Of a DNA stretch of 32,000 bases, positions 1 through 10,900 are shown in pieces. Position 1 is the first letter of the stretch. The number at the start of each line of letters is the position of its first letter. A program made the translations under genes and the position numbers. The notes under the pieces are model-generated. The model saw only the letters and a list, made by a program, of their open reading frames with translations. It had not been told where the DNA came from and made no database searches. Source of the DNA: Zygophlyctis sp. KS116 (taxonomy: Eukaryota > Fungi > Chytridiomycota); the NCBI GenBank assembly GCA_054661495.1, contig BAAFSQ010000081.1, forward strand, positions 1-32,000, written 5' to 3'.

Positions 1-77
1 ATTCCATCAAATTGAAATGAGACTTTTTTCCTGGCTTTTATTTCTAGATCAAGTTGTTGCAGCAAATCGTCAAACAT
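1..77 (-). CDS. 5' end of an unidentified gene running off the window (MFDDLLQQLDLEIKARKKVSFQFDG...)
   Basis: ATG at 77 on the minus strand, open frame to the window edge, divergent from DPH4 across 147 nt. Too short to assign. Confidence 0.4.
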   Translation of the reverse strand, partial: MFDDLLQQLDLEIKARKKVSFQFDG

Positions 78-224
78 CCCTACCTTGCTCTAATTTGTTT
101 CTTCCTAGTGCCACCAGTGCCACCAAGTGACCTAGATTACACACACTAGGACTGGTACTCTTATATCCCTTTAGCTTTAAACAAAAAATTCTTGCAAGAA
201 AACAAAAATTTCCTTGTCTTATCA

Positions 225-551
225 ATGCTCCCACATGAGATTTTAGATGTGCCAGTAAACTCTAGCTCAACAGTCATTAAAAAAGCATATTTTTCTAAAA
301 TTAGAAAACAGCATCCGGACAAGGGAGGGGATGGCGATCAATTTGAGTTGGTTAATGATGCTTATCATTGTTTAAAAGATAATCCGGGTCTTGGGACAGT
401 CTATCAGACTATACAATTAAATGAATTATTAGTCAAGGATGGGGATTATTACTATACTTGTAAATGCTCATCACAAATTCAAGTCTACATTCAAGAATTA
501 AATTCAGTCTATGAATGTTGTACTTGTTCAAATACATTTACAATTTCATAG
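225..551 (+). CDS. DPH4: Diphthamide biosynthesis J-protein (DnaJ domain + CSL zinc finger)
   Basis: HPDK motif in a short J domain, then YYTCKC and ECCTCS (CSL-type zinc ligands). The track's TTG start is replaced by the first ATG at 225. No introns. Confidence 0.85.
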   Translation: MLPHEILDVPVNSSSTVIKKAYFSKIRKQHPDKGGDGDQFELVNDAYHCLKDNPGLGTVYQTIQLNELLVKDGDYYYTCKCSSQIQVYIQELNSVYECCTCSNTFTIS

Positions 552-601
552 TCCGGAGATTTTCTTCTGATTATCCCGAAGTTCTACATTCTCAAGGACT
601 A

Positions 602-1661
602 ATGGAAGAAACTGAAAAGTTTGTGACTAATGGGAATCAATTGGGATATACAATTTCGGATTTTCAATTTTTAAAGACTCTAGGTAATTATATAAATCTA
701 AAATTATTAGGAACTGGGACGTTTGGAAGAGTCTTTTTGTCAAAATTAAAAGATAAGGATCAATATTTTGCAATGAAAATGCTTAAAAAAGTAGAAGTTA
801 TTAGACTTAAACAAGTCGAACATATAAACTCTGAAAGAATTATTTTGGCTCAGATTAAATTTCCTTTTATTGTCAATTTACTATGTACATTTGAAGATAT
901 TCAACACATTTATATGCTACTAGAATATGTGGTTGGAGGGGAATTGTTTTCTCATTTGAGAAGAGCTGGAAGGTTTGGAAATGAAATGACACGGTTTTAT
1001 GCTGCGGAGATTACTCTGGCAATTGGGTTTTTACATTCTAAAAATATTATTTATAGAGATTTGAAACCAGAAAATTTATTGTTGGATCATAAAGGGCATA
1101 TCAAAATTACAGATTTTGGTTTTGCTAAAAAGGTTAAAGATATGACATGGACATTATGTGGCACTCCAGAATATTTAGCTCCAGAAATAATTCAATCTAA
1201 AGGTCATGGTAAACCGGTAGACTGGTGGGCTTTAGGAATTCTCATTTTTGAAATGTTGGCAGGTTATCCGCCATTTTATGATGAAAGTCCTTTTGGGATT
1301 TATGAAAAAATTCTTGCTGGTAAAATATCTTTTCCAATGCATTTTGATGAGAATGCAAAAGATTTAATTCGGAAACTGTTGACAGATGATCGTTCAAAGA
1401 GATTAGGAAATTTAAGAGTAATTTTACTTAATCTAAATAATGCAGTCTGGGTCAGAAGATGTAAAGAAACACAAATGGTTTAAAAATGTCAATTGGGATG
1501 CAATTTTGGCTAAAAATATTAAACCTCCAATCATTCCAGTTTGTAGTCATCCTGGTGATACTAGAAATTTTGAAGAGTATCCAGAAGAACCACCTCTACA
1601 AGATTCTTCACAAATAACGGCTATGTTGGAACCGTATCAAAAATTATTCAAGGAATTTTGA
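602..1661 (+). CDS. PKA-C: cAMP-dependent protein kinase catalytic subunit
   Basis: LGTGTFGRV, YRDLKPEN, DFGFAK, TWTLCGTPEYLAPE and an AGC C-tail ending FKEF. Introns 684-710 (27 nt) and 1418-1445 (28 nt) restore LKTLGTGTFG and GNLRSGSEDVKKHKWF. Confidence 0.96.
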
Positions 1662-1695
1662 ATAAAAAATTAATAGAATTTAAAAAAAAAGTATA

Positions 1696-2672
1696 TTATT
1701 CTATTTTTCTCTTTTTAGTATAAATCCATGGCCAGATCATTTCTAATATAGGAAATTTACCCTTTGAGTAAATATTTCTTAGATTTTTAGTATCTGTAAT
1801 CTTAATTTTTGGAGATTTTGATGCCTTTTCTAAAATATCTAGATTGATTTCCATTCCTTGCTGATTACATTCAAATATTAATTGTTCCATAAACACAGGT
1901 TCGTGTTTAAGTGATTCATTTAGCTCATCCCACTTTATATATTCATTTAAAGTTTGTCCTCTAAAAGATGGGTAAAGTGCAAAGAGTGAAAAAACAGAAA
2001 CCATAAAACTAGCAAATCCCACAAAAAGAAACCAACCGCTTTCCATTGGATAGAATGAAAAAATCAAGCTAAATTTCTTCCATCCAATAAATTCTTTAAC
2101 AATTAATCCTCCTTTATGATTAACAAATTTATAACCAAGAGTTGCAAGATAAGTTGTAGTGATCCACGTGAGAAGTAAAAATAGTGTAAATAAGTAGAAA
2201 TTATTGTGTCCGACGCAATTATTAAGCCATACACAATGATGATCTTGTCTAGAAATACACCTGTTACAAACTGAACAGTGTTTTGATCTCGGTATTTTTA
2301 GGAATTTACACGTTCTGCATTCCTTTGGAGAGTATAGGATGTAATCGTAAGCGAAATTAGACATCAATTCCAAGTGATTTGCAGACTTTACGATCCCAGG
2401 ATCAGATGAACAACCCAACGCAAAAACTAGATTTGTACAAAAAATTAAAATCGTAGAAATCACAGACTCTAGATCAGTAATTGAATCCCAGATTTCTGTA
2501 GCATAGAATCCTATGATTAAATGCGAAAAATACCATAAATTACACAGCAACTTAATACTAAGAAAAAAAATTGTCCTAATGGATTTGGGCCATTGATGTA
2601 CTTGATTATTCTGTTAAGATTCAATGCGATCGCAGCTAGAATGCATATTACAGCAATTACCAAGAAGAGCAT
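1696..2672 (-). CDS. SWF1: DHHC palmitoyltransferase, Swf1/ZDHHC4-like
   Basis: CRTCKFLKIPRSKHCSVCNRCISRQDHHCVWLNNCVG, several TM helices, TLNE and NIYSKG motifs. Intron 2511-2533 (23 nt). Start is ATG 2672 or in-frame ATG 2720. Confidence 0.85.
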
Positions 2673-2736
2673 ACTACACCTTAACACAATAGACTCAAAA
2701 GCGTCTTTCCCATCAGCCATACATAAAATATATTAT

Positions 2737-5700
2737 TCATAATCCTGTAAAATCCAATTTTATTTTGGGAAGTTTGATCGTTTCAAGGTCAAAGGATTCG
2801 AGATTATGATAATATCTCTGTCCCTTGTCTTTTTTAACAGGAGCAAGTTTGCGCCTTGATGATTTTTTCAGTAAAGTCTCTTTTGCAAAGATTGATCTAG
2901 TGTACCAAGTATTCAGAAATGGAGCCAGATCGGAAGTTTCAGGGCGTAGTTCTTTGCCTGGATAAGGAATCGTACTGATTGAATTGAGCTTTACTATGCT
3001 TTCACGGATTGATTTGGGCTCTGAAACAGCTTCTTTTGAAACTTTTGGATCATCTTCCTCTTGCTTTTCTTCTTCCTCTTTTTTGGTTTCTTGCTCAGTG
3101 ATTAATTTGATATCAAATGGAATTTCACGGGTATTTCCAGTTGTATCATTCCAAGGATGATTTTGACCAAAAATTCCTAGAAATGATCCTTTTATCTAAT
3201 AATTAATTTAAAAATGAAAAAATACGTCAAAGAGTCTCACTGAACAGTCGGTCGAAGACGTTAAAATTAGATTCAAGTCTGGAACAAAGACAAGTCCTAC
3301 AATTGGTTCAACATGAGCTCTAAACTCTAGAGTTGGCTTTAAATGTACTTTGTCAATGTTGCTTTCAGTACAAAATTTTGATATATTCCAAATAGAGACG
3401 TGTCCGGATGTATCAGCACTTACAAGGATGGAATTAGAATCGTTTGATGCTAAACAATATATGCTTTCTGATCTGCCTCTTGTTCCATCAAACTGATAAA
3501 CTAGTTTTCCAAGATATATATCCCATAATCGAATAATACCATCAGATCCTGCACTCAAAAGGTTTCTATTATTCTTCAGTTTTGCCCTTTGATTAAGGAA
3601 AAGAACTATCTTGAGAATAGTAATAATATACCTTTGTCTATAGAGGGAGGCTTTTTAGACACAGTTTCATATTCAAATGGGTCTAAAGTGTGTATAATAT
3701 GTCCAGATTGTAAATTAGTAATGACAATTAGCCCATCATAACTTGAGGTTGCCATCATGTTCGGAAGACAAAAGGACATTGAAAGTATATCGTCTTTATG
3801 CCACATGGACTCCTGACCTTTACTAGGGAGAGAAGCAATTGGCAAAGATTCAAATTGATCTGTATGGTCTTCAAAAAGGGTGAGACGGCGATTCCACCCG
3901 GTTACTGCAATGCATTGCGTATCTCCAAAATCTACCCACTATTCGTCAAATCAGAGCCTACTTACTTCTATTGCGGTTACTTCCGTTTGATCTTCTTTTT
4001 TAAGTTCATGAAGTATCTTTCCTGTGTTGTAGTTCCAAATTCTTATTGAACCATCTGTTTTTAAAAAATAGATTTCTCACCTCTGCCACCGGTTACAAGC
4101 CTTCTGCCGGAAATATCAAATGCCATCGCTGTGATTTCACATACATGAGCGAAATATCTAAATGTTTTCATCCCAGAAAACAAATCCTAACGTTTTATTA
4201 TCAGAATAGCAATACCCACACATTTAGCACACCCCCATTACAACCACTTGCAACCAAATGGAACTCCTTACAATACAAGAGATTGCGTACCGGGAAATCA
4301 TGACTCTTGACATTATTCTGAAAAAACCTTTTTTCCCTGAGTTTGTATCTACGAATCATTGAGCTAGCTGCAATAAGTGATCCTCCAGATTCCTGACTGA
4401 ATTTGATACAAGTGATGATATTATCTGGCTTGTGAAATCCAGAGTCAGTAATGGTCTGCAGGCATTGATGATTTTTTAGATCCCACACTTTAATTTCTTT
4501 ATCCAGACTAACAGAAATAATCTGACTATTGCTCGAATTTATTTTAATATCCACTATTGGAGCTAAATGACCATCTAATACTGTGCAATAACTGTTAAGA
4601 TTTCTTGGATTATAAATTCGTAATTGACGATCTCGCCCGCCAGCCACAAGAGCAACAGTAAAAGAGCAATAGGAGAAGCAACTAACTCCCTTTGGAACAG
4701 AAATAGAAGAGCAGTTCCATCTACCATAGCTATCTTCAGCAGCAATTAGAAGAGAATCATCAGGATCAGCTGAACAACTTATTATACTCTTCAAACTATG
4801 ATAGTATCGGACTTTTGAAACCCAATCTGAATGCCCTTTTATTTTCTGTAAAGTTCCTAAGAGTGTTGAAGACTTACTGTTGATGGAATCCATTGGAATA
4901 TCCACGACTTTATCATTTTTCCGAGGACCTCGATCAGCTATCAATCGGTTTGGAAAGTCATATATGAAAATATTCCCAGTATCAGTTCCATAGACTAGAC
5001 GGCTTTTTTCCGATTCTAAATCATCAGAATCAGACCAAAAATGCATCGTTATAGCATTTTGATCCCTGAGATTGAAAACAAGAGTTTTTTCCAGAGTTGA
5101 AGAGTCTAATTCTAAAAATACACAGATTTACCATAAACGGCTATTTCATGATCATCAGTTGCTATCGCCAAGGAGTATAGATTTTCCATCAGCACAAAAT
5201 CAAGAGCCCATTTTTGACGGAATGAAGTCATAGCCTTGGATGACCCTTTGTTTCGATTAATGTCCAATCTTAAATCTTTAAAAAATAATATAATACCCGA
5301 CGTTTTTGAAGGATTTCAAGAGCCTAAAACTTTCACTCCAGTAACAGAGTGTGGCATCTTTGCTAACTGTAATAAATCTCTTTGTAGTTTGTGAATGGCT
5401 GATTTTCAATATGTTGTCCCTGTGAGGAGTAGATAGAGGTTCGGCGAATCGGAATGCACTGCCATAATCTATGCCGAAAAGCTGGTTATCTGATTCTTCC
5501 TGCATCAGTTTTCGTCCCTGTGCCCGCAGAAGCATGTAATCCGTAAAATCGTCCCAATCAATCAAGCCATCGGTATCAACATCAATCTTGTTAAAGAGAT
5601 GTCTGATCTGATCTTTGGAGATACCATTACCGATTACAGAGGAAAATGCTATAGAAAACTCCTCAAATCGGACTTGGCCTGTATGATTCTTTGAGATATC

Positions 5701-5941
5701 CTAAGATCAGAATATCAAGATTTACCATAAACTTTTGTAAAAGCAATTTAAAACTAAGCAAGTTTAGTTCCTTTTCTGCTCGATAATCAGAATCTTCCTT
5801 GATAACTGGCATCTTTGCATTTGATCTTAGCAGAACAGATGATTCAGCTGCATCTTCTCTAGACCTTTTAACGTCCAAAAGTAAATCTTTTGCTCTATTA
5901 ACAGTCTTAAGAACCTTGGAAATGCCAATTAATTCACTCAT
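2737..5941 (-). CDS. WDR49: EF-hand + WD40-repeat ciliary protein (WDR49/EFCAB8/WDR64 family)
   Basis: N-terminal EF hands (LFNKIDVDTDGLIDWDDFTDYML) then many WD repeats (GHSDWVSKV, LDGHLAPIVDI, VTGGRDGSIRIWN). Eight introns give one frame to TGA at 2737: 5701-5725, 5269-5296, 5106-5131, 4187-4215, 4055-4080, 3939-3965, 3606-3631, 3196-3225. Exact paralogue uncertain. Confidence 0.8.
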
Positions 5942-5971
5942 AAATATAAACTCTGATGACGTACTTAATAA

Positions 5972-7226
5972 CTATTCAAGAATAACGGACCAACTGGAAG
6001 GGATTTCTCCGTATTGTATACCCATTATAGTATCTCCTATACGCTTAGTCAATGGGCCTGCTTGATTCGATGGGTTTGAGGGATCTAAAGGGATTGCCTA
6101 AAATCAACTTATAAAAAAGATATTACCCAATCCTTGTCATCATAGCGAATGTTTTTGATTGGAGAAACAATAGCAGCAGTCCCTAGAAATTAATAATCTT
6201 GAATACCTGATCCAAACATTTCAATTAAACGGCCCTCTTGAATGGCTTTCGTTATTTCGGACATCTTGACAGATCTCTCAGACACTTTGAATTCATTCCA
6301 AGATTTTGTAAGAGAAAGAATAGAATCTCTTGTTACACCAGGAAGTATAGTTCCATCCAAAGGCGGAGTTACCAATTCACGAGTACCAGACTCATTTGTC
6401 CAGTATAAAAACAGATTCATTGTCCCCACTTTCCACCTTTTAATAAATAAATATACCTTCAGTTATATAATCTTCTTTTCCAAATAGCCATAAATTTTGC
6501 TGATAGCCTTCTTTAGTAACCTGAATTTGAGGCAAGATTCCTGGAGCATAATTACCCCCAACTTTACAATCCCCTGTACCTCCTGGCCAAGCTCTTACAA
6601 ATGATTTTGTAGCATATAATGACACTGCAGCAAATCCAGTTTTATAATAAGGACCAACAGGACAACTAAATATAAAAAATTTGTAATTACGCTATTACAA
6701 ACAGTTTTGCACGATTAGTTGGACCAACACCCAATGATTCCTGTGTACCAATTGCTGTTGGTCGAATATACAATGAATAGCCTCTTTGATCAGGAATCCA
6801 CCGTTCTTCCACCTTTAAAAATTCCTTTATACATTGCAACAATTGCTGTTTATCAAACGAGGGCAACGCTAATCTTTGACAAGACTTTAATAGCCTGGAC
6901 ATATTCATTCCTGGACGAAATAATCGTATTCTTCCTTCCTTATCCTTGTATGCCTTCATTCCTTCAAAGCATTCTATACCATAATGAAGACAAACAGATG
7001 AAGGATCAATAGCCAACTTAGCATACGGACGAATCTGCGGCGTTTCCCAACCTTTTTGTTACGCTTTGTATTTACCTTTTGTTGCTGACCAATCAATAGT
7101 CAGCATATGATCAGTAAATGTTTGACCAAAAACCAATTTAGGCAATGGAGTCAACTCTTTAATAGTTTTTGCCTTGGAAATACTCAACGCCGAAGCACTT
7201 AGAGATGAATAACGTTTAATAATCAT
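5972..7226 (-). CDS. BAT1: Branched-chain amino acid aminotransferase
   Basis: [34 protein letters not shown] (PLP lysine), [28 protein letters not shown]. Introns 7052-7075, 6666-6690, 6429-6456, 6183-6206, 6098-6126. Confidence 0.95.
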
Positions 7227-7234
7227 TTTTTGTG

Positions 7235-7792
7235 TCAAGGCTTTTCAAATCCAGGAACAGATCTTATAAACTTATCAACCAATGATTCAAATTGTGCATT
7301 CTGAATTTTAACTGGATCGGCCAGTTCTAATGGGTTTTTAACAACATATTCCACGTATAGATTATATAGATCTAGTAATACATCTTGTAAATTTGATATC
7401 GAATGACTGGTTAAAATTACAAATCTTTGAGAAGAAGGAGTTTCATAGAAATGTAGTTTGTAAACGTTTGTAGATAACGCCAAGTAACCATTAAACTGAT
7501 TAGCCAACTTATTTATAATATTCTTTAGAGAAAATACAATTCCATACACCAATTTAGAATCCTGTTCTACCTCTTTAGATTTAATTTCTTCCTCTTGATT
7601 ATCTATTCCATGAGAGAGAGATTTAGAAGCAATTTGTATATTAGAATGTGATAGTTTAGAGACATTAGATGGAGATTCAGTGGTATTTGTTACTGTTGGA
7701 GGAGCAACAGTCGAGGAAAGACGACTATTCCATTCTTGATAGTATGTACAAGAACAGTGGCGATTAAAGATGAAGAGTTTGTAGATTGTCAT
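7235..7792 (-). CDS. BET5: TRAPP complex subunit Bet5/TRAPPC1
   Basis: MTIYKLFIFNRH, KLVYGIVFSLK, YKLHFYETPS, LYVEYVVKNPL (sybindin/longin family). Intronless. Confidence 0.9.
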   Translation of the reverse strand: MTIYKLFIFNRHCSCTYYQEWNSRLSSTVAPPTVTNTTESPSNVSKLSHSNIQIASKSLSHGIDNQEEEIKSKEVEQDSKLVYGIVFSLKNIINKLANQFNGYLALSTNVYKLHFYETPSSQRFVILTSHSISNLQDVLLDLYNLYVEYVVKNPLELADPVKIQNAQFESLVDKFIRSVPGFEKP

Positions 7793-7843
7793 TTTTCAAT
7801 AATTTTACACCAACAATTTTACTTTTTAAATTATGACGATTCA

Positions 7844-7871
7844 TGGTTGATGGTTGACGGTTGACGCTTGA
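7844..7871. repeat. 4 x 7-nt imperfect tandem repeat (TGGTTGA TGGTTGA CGGTTGA CGCTTGA) in the BET5/CFAP65 divergent spacer
   Basis: Read directly from the sequence. Confidence 0.85.
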
Positions 7872-7969
7872 TCCAAAAAATGGGTTAACATAACTGGGAT
7901 TGATTAAAAATAATCTCAGAGATCAGAGGATCTAATATGCCACACGGCTATTAATGATGAGTCGCGCTT

Positions 7970-10900
7970 ATGACAGCGTTCGCGTCGAAAATGATTAGAG
8001 AAAGATCAGAACAGCCAACAGTTTTACGCTCACAGTCAAATTCACCACATGTGTCTGTGAGGCATTCGATGAGAGCTCCATTAGTGCCGACTCCCAATCG
8101 TCGTGAAAGAAGATGCGAGTTTGGTATTGATATGTTGGAATCAGTGGTGTTCGGACATTGGTAAAATATTCTTTTTCATTATCTTAGGGAACCTGGTGGC
8201 GAGAATGTAAAACAATTGATAGTTAAAAATGTACTCATGAAAACTCAAAAGATTAAATATAAACTCCCAAAAACTAGATATTTTTCAATGGAATTTCCAA
8301 AAACTGTTACATTGTCTGCTGGGATGAGTTGGACGATTCCAATTACATTTAGACCATTGGCAAAAGTAATTTAGATTTTTAACAATTAGGAGATTTATAA
8401 TGATTTTGTAGAATTTACAACAAGTTTTGGAAAATTTAATCTTCCAATCAAGGCAGTGCTGCCAGAACATGTTTTGGAATTTCCAAAACTTATAGATTTT
8501 GAATATTGCCCGGTTAAAGAAACAGCAACGAAAACCTTTGTACTTAAGAATACTGGTGAACTTGGTACGTCTTTTGAATGGGAAGTCTCCAATCCTTTTT
8601 CTATAATTCCTCAAAAAGGTTTTTTAGAATCAGGAAATCAAGCAATAATAAAAGTACAGTTTGATCCAAAGGTAAAAAATGTTGTATTTAATGTTAGATG
8701 GCTTGCTTTTTAGAAGCGACTGCATTATGTGTATTTGGGGATAAATCAAGATGGGAAAAAACTAAATCAGCTAAATCATTGAAAATTTCTGGTGTTGGAA
8801 AGTTTTCATTTTTAAGTATTGGAAAAGGGGATGGCATTTTCAATTTTGAAAGTGTATTTGTTGGAAAATCAGCCTCAAAAACTTTTAATTTACAAAACCC
8901 ATCGCTGGTAAAGAATGATATTCTTTTAAAACATAGGTTGAAGCTAAATTTTCAATTAAAGGTACTGAATTGGAATCCGAATCATATTTTGAATTTTCAA
9001 CGTATTCTGGAATTATTCCGCCTAATGCAAAAGTAGAAATTTCTGTAAATATCAAATAAGCTTATTCTTAGATAACGTTTAAACCTGTAGCCGCAGGTAT
9101 TGACTCAACTGAATATTTTACAATTTATTCAGTTTCTGGGAATAGTGTTCGTATAACATGTACTGGGATGGGAATCGGTACATAATTTTTTCTAATTATT
9201 TCTAGGTCCTTGTCTGGTATTAAGTAGTAATGTAGTAAATTTTGGTGATGTTGTTGCCGGTCAAACTGTAACAAGATCATTGACAATACAAAATACTACA
9301 AATAGCATTTCTTTTTATCAGTTTTTAACTGAAAAAAATGGAGTATTTCGGATTGATAAGCCTTTTGGAACATTGAAGCCATTTTCTTCTCTGGTGCTCA
9401 CATTGAAGTTTTCTGCGACTGAACCAATTAATTATTATAAAAGAATATTCTGTCTAGTAGAAAATCAAGATGGATTGGTATTTTTGCTTTCTAAAGATAG
9501 TATGTTGATCTCATTGGAACTGTATACACAGATAAAAGACGGCCTCCAACTTTTTCACCTAAATTCCTACTTAATTACCAAGAAAGAGTCAAAAACGGAT
9601 TATGGAATTATGGTCCTGAACATCTAGAAGATATGCTCAAAAATGATATTGTGAAATGCAATGATGGAAAATGGTCATTTGTAAATCCTGAAGACCAGGC
9701 CCAAGCACGTAATATCTAGTGTTCTAACATTTTAAGTAATACAAAAACCACTTGATCAAAATTATGATTTTGACAAAGTCGGCAGTGAATACTTTTTTGC
9801 AAATTCTGGTGCTAATCTTCCATGCACTCTTTTGGATACATATGTTGAATTTGGATCTTGCTCGCGGTATAGAATGGTCGAGTCACAGCCAATAAGAATT
9901 ACCAACAATACAACAGGAAAAATGAGCTGTGTCTGGGTGATGCCCGGCGAAGCTACAGGGTACTTCAATATCATTTAAAGTTCAAGAGAAGAATCACCAT
10001 TTGTCGTTTCGCCAAATTTTGCAGATATTCCAGCAAAATCAACGACTGAATTTAGAGTTCACTTTAGACCCACCATCGAGAATTCTTTTTATGGTGTTCA
10101 ACTGGAATGCTTTGTATTTTTCAAATCAATGCGAAGTTTTCGCTTGGTAAATGATGATACATTCACTCCACCATGGTGTTTGACACCTTTAGTCTCTGGA
10201 AACACGATACCAATTGGTGAGGATACATTTATTCCAAAGGTGACATTTGGGGAAACTCGGCTAGATTTTCCTGCTTGTCAAGTTCATCGTTCAATCTATC
10301 GAACTGTGAGAGTAACCAATACAGGGGATACTCCTGTTCGATTTTCTTTTCCAGATACCAAAGCTCAAAATAATGATTATGAAAAAGCTACTATTTTTGC
10401 CGTAAAGCCACGAGTTGGAATGTTAGATAGCAATGAATCACGGCTCATTCTATTTCGATTTTCTCCTACGGAACAGAAAATTTACAAAAATGTACTTAAA
10501 TGCCAATTCAATTCAGCTCTGACAAACGCTCATGTAGGCAATTTAATCTAATATTGTTAGGATTTAGAAGTCAGAGGGGAAGGTTGGCTACCCAAATTAA
10601 CATTTGATAATGGTGGACTACTTCGATATCGACCTACCTGCATAGGATCGATATCTGAGAAGAGATTCATGACACATAATTCTTCGAAAATAGTATTATA
10701 TTATGAGGTAATGTGTTTCTAATTTATAATTAGTGGAAAATACCCACTCAGTATCAATCATTCATTTCAATTAGTCCTTTGAAAGGTAAGCTGGCACCAA
10801 GTGAGACTGTTAAAATGACTTGTGTGTTTTATCCAAAAGACAATCAGAGCTGGGTCTTGAAAATCCCGTGTTATTATTATCATACGTGCAAAGAATCAGG

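Noticed and set aside
5942-5971. Stop-codon readthrough fusing BAT1 to WDR49 (30-nt in-frame, stop-free spacer)
   Set aside because: In-frame spacing occurs one time in three by chance, no recognised readthrough context is present, and other spacers (8, 50, 52 nt) are out of frame.
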